Assembly (NCBI GenBank): GCA_951406725.2
Contig: OX597827.1
Location: 44,454,001 to 44,518,000 of the forward strand
From: Octopus vulgaris
Taxonomy: Eukaryota
Reading direction: 5' to 3'
Length of the DNA: 64,000 bases
Within the stretch, counting starts at the first letter, position 1. The number at the start of each line of letters is the position of its first letter. The notes under the pieces were generated by a model, which saw nothing but the letters and a program-made list of their open reading frames with translations, was not told the DNA's origin and did not search any database. The position numbers and the translations under genes were made by a program. Positions 39,778 to 51,829 of this stretch are shown piece after piece.

Positions 39778-41297
39778 AAAAAAAGAAAAAATGAATACTT
39801 TGTTATGGAGCTCAAAATTGTGCAGCCTAAATATAATCACTTTAATAATTTTGGAATAAATTTTCTCAGTTAATTCCATGCAAGACAGTTAGAAAGCCTT
39901 TCAGAAACTGTCTAATAAATCTGTTAAAACTTTATTTTTATTGTTATTGTTGCTGTTTTCCACTGTTCTATCTACCCACCTCACAAATGGAAAAATGAAG
40001 TTAAAATTGAAAAGATTGAATTAAATATTTTTAGAATTTCAACAGCAGATATCAAAAAAAAAAAAAAAGAAAGAAAAACCAGAAAATTTTCAGAATTTCA
40101 CAAGACAAGACAGACATTAAAAACAGTTGCTAATGATTCAGTTCTCTCTCATCTCATTATGGAGAAACATTCAATTAGTTTGCAGAATTAATTTACACCA
40201 AATTCTTTCAGCACATTCTATGTGCATGTGTGTGTGTGTGTGTGAGTCTTGCTTTAAGTTTCACATGTCTGGCTTATATAAAAAAAAAAACACTCCATAC
40301 ATGCGGTAACTCTAGAAGAAACCAACTGATGCACAAATAATTGAATCAACAATTTGAAAGAGAAAAAAAAAAGATAGAAACGTAAAGGAAAGAGAGACAG
40401 GCAGACAGACAGAGCGCATATAGAATATTCTTAAACTGTACAATGTTACTAATGTGAAAAGACTTTTCAACTAGTTCGATCATAGAGCTTTCGTAACAAA
40501 AATTAAATAAAGTTTTGACAACTCAAAATAACAGCTTCCTGAATAGCAGAAAACCCTTGCTAACGGCATTTTTGAAAACGAAAATGAACAAGTATTCATT
40601 TATTTAACTGCAGTGATGCCTCATTCACACACATACACACATATAAATGGATTTTGAGAATAGCTTTCTGAAAGAAAAAGAAAAAAAACATTTGGATATT
40701 GAATTCGTTCTTAGTTTCCTGCGCTCCAAGTTGCTTACTGTGCATTAAGCAGCCAATAAAGTGATATTCATTATACCTTATCTGTTTCTTGTTTACTCTC
40801 TCTTTATATGCATTAAATGTAAATGTAAAAGAAAAACACTTTCTAGACTATGGGAAATTCACAATCACAGCATCTCAAAATCACTACGGTTAATGCTATA
40901 CCAGAAAGTTTATTGTGCAAGTTATGAATTGTTTTAGAAATTACTCCACTTGCTGCTGCCAAATTTAGGAAGTATAATAAATATCAGTGATCCATAGTGA
41001 GACTAGTAAAAACAAACAAACACCTCATTAATCACAAGGTCAATAATTTATGAAGAAAGGGGTTTGTTAATACTATTGACCCCAATAGTTGACGGCTATT
41101 TTATTTTATCCACTCCAGAAGAGGATGAAACACAAAGGGGGGTCTCGGTAGGATTTGAAATGCAAATAAAGGTTTACTTCATTTTTTGAAGATCCAGTGA
41201 AGCTATAAGGTGCTACACAAGCACTGAACAGAGCTGAGATTCCATTATGGTAGAATTAAAATAATAAATTATTGCATGGATCTAAATAGCATTTAAA

Positions 41298-41505
41298 CCC
41301 TTTAGCATTTAAACCAGCCATATCCAGCCAAAATATTATCCTTGTTTTATGTTCTAACTGACCAGATCCAGCCACTCATACCTAAACAACAATTTCAATC
41401 AAAACAAACATTCACATCGTTGAGATCTCAAAGCTACAAGACAAATTCACATCAATGGGAATGAATCTGTATTACATTTGACAGATTAATCTGAATGCTA
41501 AAGGG
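41298..41505. mobile_element. TTAA MITE family 1
   Basis: CCCTTTAGCATT ... AATGCTAAAGGG|TTAA, a perfect 12-bp TIR. Confidence 0.9.
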
Positions 41506-42019
41506 TTAAAGAGTGGAACATACAATTCCCTCTGAGTCAGACTGCCTCATGGTCCCAGCAGACAAAGTGGAAAAGGCATTGCTTGGGAAGATGGTGGGAG
41601 AGATGCACTGGAACAGCCACTCTGACTTATTGGCCAAGGAGAGGGGGAGAAGAGGTGTACTTGTGGACAGCCATCTCTGCCCCAATAGCAGTGAGCAGGG
41701 ATATGGTCAGGGGTCCAAGAAAGCCGAAGGTTTCCACTGTAACAGGCTCAACCATAAACCTGTCAGAAAGCAACTTGCCCTAGCCTGATGAGCAGCAAAG
41801 CCTGGGTTATCTAAAGAACCAGGGAAAATACCATTAACCCCCCCTCCCTAAATTACAATGTTTTCTTCACTGACAGTTGAAACATTAAGTAAATTGGTGA
41901 GGAAGGATACCACTAGTGTGTTGGTACAACAATGACTTGAAAATTGTTTTAGAACTTGTTCAACTGGTTTTTTTTTACTCCCATAGTTTAATACTTTTAA
42001 CTCCTTCAGATCTATTTAT

Positions 42020-42282
42020 TCATGACTGACCAAAGATCTATGAATGGATTTGGTAGACAGAAACTGAAAGAAGCCTGTCATATATATGTATGCATCTTTG
42101 TGTCTGTCCCTACCACCATTTGTTTACACCTCCCCCCAATAACTTAGCAGTCCAGCAAAAGAGACCGATAGAATAAGTACCAAGCTTTAAAAAACAAAAA
42201 GTACTGGGGTTGATTTATTTGACTAAAGATTCTTCAAGATGGTGCCCCCAGTATGGCCACAGTCTAAACACTGAAACAAGAT
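42020..42282 (+). mobile_element. SINE family A, 5'-truncated
   Basis: ggatttggtagacagaaactgaaagaagcc...gagaccgatagaataagtac. Confidence 0.85.
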
Positions 42283-44422
42283 ATATGCATGTGCGTGATT
42301 GCAGCATAGAGGACACATGTTAACCATTGAGAAACACACAAAGACCATTAACTTCACAAACACTTACAACCAGTAATATGGTGTCAAATTTTCATCACTC
42401 AAAACCACAACCTGGTCACTGACAAACATGAGCAATATCTCTACCAAATGTGTGTGTGTGTAGTCATTTTTACTGACTTACACTGAGAGAGTTGTATCTG
42501 TCAGAGGTTGGAGCAATTGTTTTAACAGCCAGATACCTCTTTCTACCACTCAACTGTAAAGTAGGAGTGAAAAGCTGCCCCCCCTACACAAACACACAAT
42601 GAACACAAGCACACTCAGAATTTTAGGACCATGCAATCATTACAGTGCCATTAATCTCAAAGCATTCATTGTTCTCGTGATTATATCATGTATAAAAAGA
42701 AAGACGTGTGAAAAACTGGAGGGAAAAAACATCGTGACTTCTTGTGGTATGAGGAATTTTCCTAGTGTAAGAAAGTGACATGTGACCCAGTTGTTGGTTA
42801 GCCACAGGACAATCTTTAAAGGCCAACACAATCAAAGGCATTCTAGCAGTAACTATCATGTCCTTTTACATTTCTTCTTCCCTTTTTATGTAATCTTACT
42901 AGATCTACATTAAGTGTCTTTACTTTCTTCTTTTTCTGCTTTTAAGATATCATGAAGTGATTTGAACTAAATTTAGCTGCTATTTCTAACAAATCAAGTA
43001 ACCACAGGGATGTTCCCTTGCCTGCTTTGTATGACCAGAAGGAATATTGGAATGTTACTTTTATGACAGCAATTTTCTCCATCCATTCCCATACCCCAAA
43101 GATTTGTAAACTATCATAATTTACTTTTCCAATAATGCCCTTGGTAAAAAACAAAAAAGCATCAACATTATAACTTCCTTTGTAATTCCTCTTCTGAGCA
43201 CCTCAAGGTTCATAAATATGTAGCTAACATTTAAATTATCCATCATGTAATTGAACCAGATGCTTGGCATACAAATAATACAGGAAAGTCTGATTGATAA
43301 CTTCGTTCTGAAAAGGTTAAACAGTTTTGTGAATATAAAAATTACTTTTAAATATTCTTTAAAAAAATTATTTAGATGGCAAAAAAAGAAATGATAAAAG
43401 GTTAAATAAATTGAGATTTTTAAAAAATTGCACAAAGCTAGTTTGAACAAGATACTTTAGAGAATAAATTGATTCAAATAATTTTAAATAAATTGATTCA
43501 AATAATTTTAAGTAAATTATAAAAATAATTCACAAAGAAATTTGAACAAATTAAAAAATAAATCATGGCAAATTTTAATCACTTAATGTGTTAATTACTT
43601 CCGTACTTTCTACATAAAATAAAAACCTTATGAAGAGTATTAAAAAAACTAGATAAGTACTATGAAGAATATTGAAAGAAGAATTTGTTCGATTTTCTTC
43701 ATTATTAACCAATAATCAACTAATCAACAAATTTATTAATATCCAATTAAGTTTAAAATGCATCTTCAATCTGGAGCCCAAGGCATTTTAAGGAGTAGAA
43801 TCTACCTTGCTCCATTCCAATATTATCCTAATTCCCTAGACAACTGGCATCTAGAACCAAAAGTACCTTTATATATGGTTAACTATATTAGAGAAGAAAA
43901 AGTCTTGATCTAGATACTATCCCTGGCTCTAATGAGCCAATGAGAACTTTCATACGATGTTGCTTAACCCCAGGTCAGTCCTTACTGAGTAATCAAATTA
44001 GAAAAGACATTTTATCCATTTTCTGTATCTCAATCTACATTTGTGACAAGTTCATTTTGAGATAGCAGTGTTATTTACAGGGGAAGGAGAAGAGTGGTGT
44101 CCTGCTACTTTTAAAAGGCCAAACAATGACGTAGAAGCATCATCACTGATTCAACCATCCTCCATGTGGTTACTCAACCTGCATGAAATAGCAGCCAAGA
44201 AATATACTTTGCTTGAAAATAGATGGGATGGTCATGGCTGGAACATCTTTGATCATGAGCCTGCTACACCAGTGCTGCCAAGAATCTAACCACTAACCTG
44301 AGTTTACAAGATCATTGGTTCACATATTACCATCAACACTGCTTTGTGCTCCTCATAAAGGAGCACTTTTGCTGCTTGGATTCAACAGTTTGAAAATAGA
44401 ACTTGTTTACTTAGCACTGGAC

Positions 44423-44851
44423 ACCTTTGTTAAACCAATTCTTCACCCACTACCATTTACTTGAATTAATTTTGAAAATAATGAAAAATTTAGTAAAACA
44501 CTTTTGTCATAATTACTACTTTAGCATTTAAACAGGCCATATCCAGTCAAAATATTCTACCTGTTTTATCTCCAAACTGGCTAAATCTGGCCTCTCATAC
44601 TTCCTTTACAATATTATTCTAAAAATAACAACTGAAATCTCTAAACTATAAGGTAATGCTTGACTAATTCAAATTAATGAAAATAAACGGCATAGCATTT
44701 GACAGAGAAATCTGAATGTTAAAGAAGTAAACTGGTGCTTCGAACAAACAAACATGAAATTTTAATGGAATGTTTCAATTTAGACCACTTTAATGAAAGC
44801 AGTTCCAATCAAAAAACCTGGGACAGTTTCAGACTATCTTTTGACCAAAAG
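44423..44851. mobile_element. Family-2-related MITE with a nested family-1 MITE (~44517-44726)
   Basis: Outer element is split at gtcataatta|...|actggtg by tttagcatttaaac...ctgaatgttaaag. Confidence 0.7.
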
Positions 44852-44852
44852 A

Positions 44853-45180
44853 CCCCCTTCGATCATGAATGACCATGGGATTACACCTAGAGAGTTACCC
44901 TCTGCGGCACAAGTCCAAGCAAGGTTGTTAATGGAAGACCAGCAGTTGCCTATGCATACCAGCCTCTCGTCTCCATGTCACCAGTGTTATTCAAGAGAAA
45001 AGCAAAGGCAAATACAGCTTGGCACCAGTGACGTCGCAGCTCATTTCTATAGCTGAGTGAACTGAAGCAATGTGAAATAAAGTATCTTGCTCAAGAACAC
45101 CACATGCAGCCCAGTCCAGGAATTGAACTCACTACCTCATGATTGTGAGCCCAACACTCTAACCACTGAGCCATGTACCT
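44853..45180 (-). mobile_element. tRNA-CORE SINE family C with a LINE-derived tail
   Basis: Minus strand TGGCTCAGTGG (A-box), GAGTTCAATTCC (B-box), CORE-like TCTTGAGCAAGATACTTTATTTCAC..CACTCAGCT..AAATGAG. Confidence 0.88.
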
Positions 45181-45931
45181 TGACTACATGAATATAAATA
45201 GGTAAATTCCATCATCACCATTATGTTATTTCAAAAGAAATTTTTAGTTATTCCTTTCTCATATCCTTCATCCCTAAAGTTTCGTTTAAGGGAATTTTCT
45301 GTCTGAGCAAGAACACTGTTGCTAAATGCAATTCCAAACTGTAATAGCCTCATTTGTGCTCAAAAGAGAACTATTAATGAGCTTAGAAATTGGAAACATT
45401 TTCAAGATACACACAAGAGGGGCTGTATACGCGATATAATCTAAAACTCACAAGGGGGACTCTTGAGAAGCTGACACAGATTTATACTAATTGATTCAAC
45501 TTTTGGAGTCACTGAGATGTTTAGGTTACAGTGCTGGAAATTTAACTGTACAAATGAAATGCAACTTTTCTTGATATATATCATCATCATCATTTAACAT
45601 CTGACTTCAAGACACACATGGGTAGGACGGTTGATAGGAGCTGGCTAGGGAGAAGACTACTCCAGGCTACTGTGTCTGTTTTTGCAAGGTCTTTACGATT
45701 GGATGCCCTTCCTAACACCAACTGTTGTTCCATTAATGCAAGATTCAATAAAAAGAGTACTCCATCCAGTGAAATTTAAGAGCCTCTAATAGTTTCTTGC
45801 CATTAAAACATATGGTTAGACAGGTTTCTATAACAAGCCTTGTGTCTCAAATATATATTCAGGCTCTGAGCACCTCAACTACTTAACATAAACCCAGCAA
45901 AACAGCGGAGCTTGAAATATATATATATATT

Positions 45932-46140
45932 CTTTTATTCTTTTACTTGTTTCAGTCATCTGACTGCAGCCATGCTGAAGCACTGCTTTTAGTTGAATAA
46001 ATTGACCCCAGGACTCATTCTTTGTAAGCCTGGTATTTCTTCGACCGGTCTCTTTTGCTGAATCACTAAGTTATGGGGATGTAAATACACCAACATCAGT
46101 TGTCAAGCAATGGTGGAGGGACAAATACAGACTCACACAC

Positions 46141-46184
<44 letters not shown>

Positions 46185-46305
46185 GACAGGCTTCTTTCAG
46201 TTTCTGTCTACCAAATCCACTCACAAAGCTTTAGTTGGCCCAAGGCTACAGTAGAAGACACTTGCCCAAGGTACCATGCAATGGGACTGAACCCGAAACC
46301 ATGTG

Positions 46306-46308
<3 letters not shown>
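45932..46308 (-). mobile_element. SINE family A
   Basis: Collinear with the 37270 copy; flanked by (TA)n on both sides. Confidence 0.9.
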
Positions 46309-46337
<29 letters not shown>

Positions 46338-49300
46338 GATAGATAGATAAAACACTCAGCTCAGAAAATTGCAAACTTATTGTTTATTGAAAAGACAAGG
46401 TTTAAAAGCTTTGGTCCTACCATTGTTGATGATACTTGTATTTTAGCTTTCAAGTAAATATTTACCACTGAGATCTCAAGCTTGTTATGATCACTCACAC
46501 ACACACACACACATACACACACATAAACTGCAAGCTACCAAAGTGTGCTACAATATGCTGCATATTGGCCTTAAAGTCACAAAATAAAAACAAGGTAAAA
46601 TATCACACTTACTCAAGTACAGAATCCCTTTCTAAATGACGAATGGATAGATATCAAATATAGAAAAAGACATCTTAGCAAGCAAGCTTTGTTCAGAGTA
46701 ATTAACACATCCTTATAAATAAATAGAGAGAGAGAAAGAGAGACAGACAGACAGACAGGTAGAGTGAGGAAGAAAGGGGAGTGGTAAAAAAACAAAGGTC
46801 AAAGCAAATCGGAAATTGACTATTTTGCACTAAACAGATCACACGATTGTTAAACATTCTTAATTATTTTGAACGTAAGTACGGTCACAACTCAAGGACA
46901 AAGTGGCAAAAGAAGAATAGGGGAAAAAAACCCAAAAGATATACACATACGCCTTCTGCAGGAAATACTAAATAGATAGCTGAAGGCCGAGAATAGCCCA
47001 TCAAACTAAATGACCGACGACTGACAACTGTTCAGAATCACTATTAATTTACATACCAAAAGTGTCTTTGGATTGTAACAACTCTAATAATAAGTTGGAG
47101 CAACCAAAGGGTACTTTGTTCATGTAATTAATCCCCCATCATTGCAGACTGGATTTCTAGTTTACTCTTTGGGTGCCATATTATATTATTACATGCACAA
47201 ACAGAAAAAGAGAAGTAGGTGACAGTGATTATGTGTACTTAAAGGTATATGTATGCGAGAGAGAGAGAGAGGGGGGGGGAGCATGGGTATATTTTCATGG
47301 TGACACATGTACTAGCATCTGGCCCAAGCCTGCCCAGATTTGCCTGACTTGATCATGTCATCATGATCCCATACAGCATTCAGAGGGTTATCAGGGCATT
47401 GTCGCATATTTGTACAGAGCTGCTTGATGAAGGTATATGTACTGTTTGATGAAGGTATATGGACTACAGACACGCAATATCTTAAGAGACATTAAAAAAG
47501 AAAAAAGAAAATGCCAGGTTTTAACTGCGGGGACGATAATGAAAAATGAAATATAATGCCATGTCAAAGTATCAGGCTACAATTCTGAAGATAAAATACC
47601 AATTTTACAAATATATTCCTGTATGCTATATGCATTATTGTGCTTGCTAAAAATGTTAAGTAAATAGCTCAACTTCAATATGTCAATACTAAAAAAATAT
47701 ATTCAAATACAGTTAATTTATTTGATGCTGGTGACAATAAGTATTATTACAGTATTCAAATATTGTTATAATTTTTTTTTACTGTAACAACAAAAATTTC
47801 ATTTCACTTTCAATTTTGTAGATATTGATGCTCTAACAAAGAGCAAAGTTTACAAATATTTTGGATAATCTAAGAGTAAGGAACCCTTTTTTTTTTTTTT
47901 TATATTTGAAGACTGCACTACATGTAATCCATTATTAAAGAAATTTCTATTAATTGGTGATGAAGATGATGAATTGTCAAAATGCAAATTATAAACCATC
48001 ATAAATATTAACTGACCCTTTAATAACTTCAAGAAATCAAAAATACAACGTTAATAAATATAATACTAAGTAATAACACAAAAATGTTCATTTTTAATTC
48101 AAACTCAAGGCTTTCTCCCAGAAAGCCATATTTGGATCAGTGTATATCAATCAGTTTCGGGCAAATTGTAGCCCTGCATGACTTTCTGAATTGGCATGCT
48201 TAACAAAAAATTACCTTGAATTTTTTTTTAATAGTGTATGTAGCCTGCCTGATGATGAACCATGTCTCATAAAGCCTACTTCTGCAAAAAGGTCACCTAT
48301 GCCTGGTGTATATTAAATTCCATTGACCTGAAGGGCAAAGCCAGCTTCAGTGGTATTTAAACTTAGAATGTATAAGGCCATAAACTGAACACTTTACAAC
48401 ATTTCGTCAAATGCTCCAACGGTTTTGTTAATCCTGGTCAATAGCAAATCAAATAATTCTACAAAATTGGGAGAAAGATAAATAGCCTCACTTTTTTTTT
48501 ATTATAAGTTTAATTCTTCATATCCTCAAGATATATAACATACATACCAGTAATATAACTATTAAGTTGATTCATCAATATCTGTCTTCTATAAATTCCT
48601 AACTATAAATGCCAATGTAAATAAAACAAAAATTACTATTCATCATCATCATCATTATTGTCTAACGCCTGTTTTCCATGCTGGCATGGGTTGGACAGCT
48701 TGACTGAGGTCTGGAGAGCCAGCGGCTGCACCAGGCTCCAATCAGATCTGGCGATGTTTCTACAGTTGGATGCCCTTCCTAATGCCAACCTCTTCAAGAG
48801 TGTAGTGGGTGCTTTTTACAGGCAATGGATTTGCAGAATCATTAGCATGTCAGACAAAAAAAATGCCTGTTGTATTTAGTTGCAACTGTTTCACATTCAG
48901 AGTTTAAATCCCATCAAAGTCAACTTTACCTTTTCATCCCTCCAGAATCAATAATAAAAAGTACCAATCAAACACTGGAGTACATTGCTACTGACTAACT
49001 CCTACCCCCAAATGGGTTGAGGGTAATTTTTAACCATATCCATTAATTAATTCTTTCAGAGTTTTTTTGTAAATTGATTTTGAATGTTCCAGTATAAAGA
49101 AAAACAAAGTTTATTGTTTTCTGTCATCAGCTGGAATATAAAGTACTACTTCATAAATGAGATGTCAATTACCTTAATTATCATAAACGAATATCAATTC
49201 TCTCTCGCTACCTGCTACAATAATCCTGAGCAGACCAAAGCCTTTTGATTGGATTTGGTGTAGATGGAAACTGAAAGAAGCCTGTCGTGTATGTCTCTTG

Positions 49301-50448
49301 ATAGTGCATGACAGATGAAAACGAGTGATCATGGGAAAATATTACTTTATTTGGAAACAGGTAAGGGTTGGCAACAGAAGGAGGATCCAACCATAGAAAA
49401 TCTGCCTTCACAAATTCTGTCTGACTCATACAAGCATGGGAAAGTGGATGATGAAATGACAATTGATACACACACCTACACACAAGAAAGAGAGAGAGAG
49501 ACAGACAGACAGACACCATCATTTAACATCTGTTGTCCATGCTGGTATGAGCTGGATTAGACAAACATTACCTAAAACAATTTTCCAATTATAACCTATT
49601 AAAAAAAAAAAACATGTGTACCCAACAACAGAAGTATTACAAGTTTCATCAGTTTTGTTTGCAGTTACAACCATATCTTTTCTCAAAATCAAATTATTTA
49701 TATAGCGAAGGGCAAATCAACAAACTCCCAGTTAAGTTTCACTTAAAACAGTAATACTCTATTTCACCTATGAAGACATGAATTCCAGCCTCTAACTCAC
49801 TGTATCCATCTACTTCCCTTGTGAACTTGAGGTTTCAGAAATTGATATCAGCTTTTGACAGAACAGTACATCATTATTTACAAACATACACACCCCTACT
49901 CTAAACACACATTTTCTTCTACTAGTCTAAACTAAAGTTTCATTTGGTTGGTTAAAAAATATAGCTTTCACTCACAATGTCTTCATATACTGAAAGAACA
50001 CACTGTTTGAGCCCCTAAAGGATTGACTGTTGGTAAAGGAAGAGCAGTGGACAATAGTAGAATGCTATCCTCAAGAGTGTAACAATCAAAAGCAAACACA
50101 AAGACCAAGTCTTTAGAGGAACAACAAATGACAATAAAGCAATTCATTATTTTGGTACAGAGCCACAGATGTTTTAATCTAAGAGGTATTGTTGACTAGC
50201 ACTTGTGCTTTACGAACCAGAGAATGAACTTATATATATAGGACACAGTATTGACTTATAAACTATAAATATACTTGATGGTATATTATGGTTGCAAAAT
50301 GAGATGTGACTACGTCCCAACCAGCAATTAATATGGATGCACACGAATGTGTTTAATATGTAAATTAGTCTATCCAACTGTTTTACATCACTAAACTTAG
50401 TGGTTATTTAAGCAATGCATTTATGGATAGTTAATATTTAGGACTTTG

Positions 50449-50489
50449 GCACTGAAGAAGGAGCAATAACATCTGAAATACGTATATGC
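50449..50489 (+). ncRNA. Minimal type I hammerhead ribozyme (Penelope-type), core intact
   Basis: Stem I GCA/UGC, CUGAAGA at 50452-50458, stem II GGA/UCU, GAAA at 50475-50478, palindromic stem III AUACGUAU, cleavage triplet AUA (after 50486). It lies in a probable Penelope terminal repeat (~50270-50620). Confidence 0.7.
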
Positions 50490-50666
50490 ATCCATTACCT
50501 ATTTTTCTGTCTTCAATTGCATTGTTTACATAAATGTATTCGTATACAAAACACTTAACTTTTAAAGCTGGCTTCTCTTATTTCTATAGAAAATCTGTAG
50601 AGATACACTTTATTATTATTTAATTATATATATACATATATACATACATACATTTATTATATTATA

Positions 50667-51026
50667 TCTTTATATATAAAAGTGAAGTTGTGTGTCTGTC
50701 TCCTACGATTTGGATTCCTAACTACTCCCACATTTTGCGGTGCAGTGTAACCAAAAGTGGGCATCTTATAGTCGTGATTCATATCGAGTCTACGATTTAA
50801 AAAAAAATTTACAATCAATTTTTCCCATTTTTATGCATTTTTGGCATATATAAAGGAAGTAACTCTCTAAAAGTTTATTATTAAATCTCAGAACGTAAAA
50901 AGCTACAGTAACAACCCTCCCTTTGTGGTTAGCCATATTGAGATGGCTATTATACTTTACATCTCTAAAAATGCTTATATAGTTATTTCCCTTACAAACC
51001 CGAGCAACGCCAGGCGATACTGCTAG
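50667..51026 (+). mobile_element. Non-autonomous Helitron
   Basis: Starts A|TCTTTATATATAAAAG; subterminal GC-rich imperfect hairpin CCCGAGCAACGCCAGG; ends CTAG|T; no TSD. Confidence 0.85.
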
Positions 51027-51429
51027 TTATATATATTCGCACACATCCACACACGTGTGGATGCAAATAAGTACTAAGAAGCATTTAGTTCAGAATTCTT
51101 TTGAACTGTCACAAATTTGTAGTGATGCAATGTTAAATAATCTGATATAACTGATATTTATTCTACCAAGTCTGAGAAATGAAAGATAAATGGAATACAA
51201 ACTAACAACATAAAAGAACACAATGAGGAAGAGGAAAAAAAACTTTATTGTTCCTAACATCCACTGGTGCCAGCAACAATAAGATGATGAAAAACAGATC
51301 CAATCCTAATTGAATAACTTTTTCCTTAATGTGAGCAATTCAGATGAACTTATTTTTTTATTTGATTTCACTTTATTTACTTATGTGTTTACAGCTGAGT
51401 AAGAAACAATAACAGTGGTTAATTTAATG

Positions 51430-51467
<38 letters not shown>

Positions 51468-51560
51468 CAGCTAAGCAAACTGCCTCTGAACCAAAGGAGA
51501 TCTTACAGGGGTCACTTGAAATCTCTCTGGCACTACACTTCACCTACCCAATCAATACCA

Positions 51561-51829
51561 CACCATATGATGTAATAGTTAAGAGCATGAGCTACTAACT
51601 CCAAGATTCTGAGTTCGATTCCAAGCCTGAATAATAATAATAATAATAACAACATCGAAAAATACCTTAGGAATGAGAACCCAGGTTTTAAATTTCCCCA
51701 AGACACCCGATGAAGGCTGGAGGGTATATCAGCCGAAACGTTGTGTTAACAACAAACAAGATGAGGACAAATATCCGTCAAATGTAACTAATGTACATAA
51801 TTCCTCATCTCTTAAATATAGAACTGTAT
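51561..51829 (+). mobile_element. tRNA-headed SINE with a hammerhead-containing tail and an 11-bp TSD
   Basis: TSD AATCAATACCA at 51550-51560 and 51830-51840; B-box GTTCGATTCC at 51613-51622; hammerhead motif at 51703-51746. Confidence 0.85.
51703..51746 (+). ncRNA. Minimal type I hammerhead motif with one core substitution
   Basis: ACAC-CCGAUGA-A-GGCUG-(loop)-CAGCC-GAAA-CGU-U-GUGU; CCGAUGA replaces CUGAUGA. Confidence 0.7.

Noticed and set aside
41513-41790. GC-richer block with two overlapping ORFs
   Set aside because: No ATG start, splice signals or known domain; probably an old transposon fragment that I cannot classify.
43463-43510. 24-bp tandem duplication (similar short ones at ~24011-24043 and ~47425-47465)
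   Set aside because: Two-copy slippage duplications with no spacers; not CRISPR-like.
45085-45180. SINE heads as functional tRNA genes
   Set aside because: They have A and B boxes but no acceptor stem or cloverleaf, and they continue into SINE bodies.
48145-48190. Minus-strand GGGC...GCCC-GAAAC hairpin resembling hammerhead stem II
   Set aside because: The upstream core matches only 4/7 and there is no stem I.
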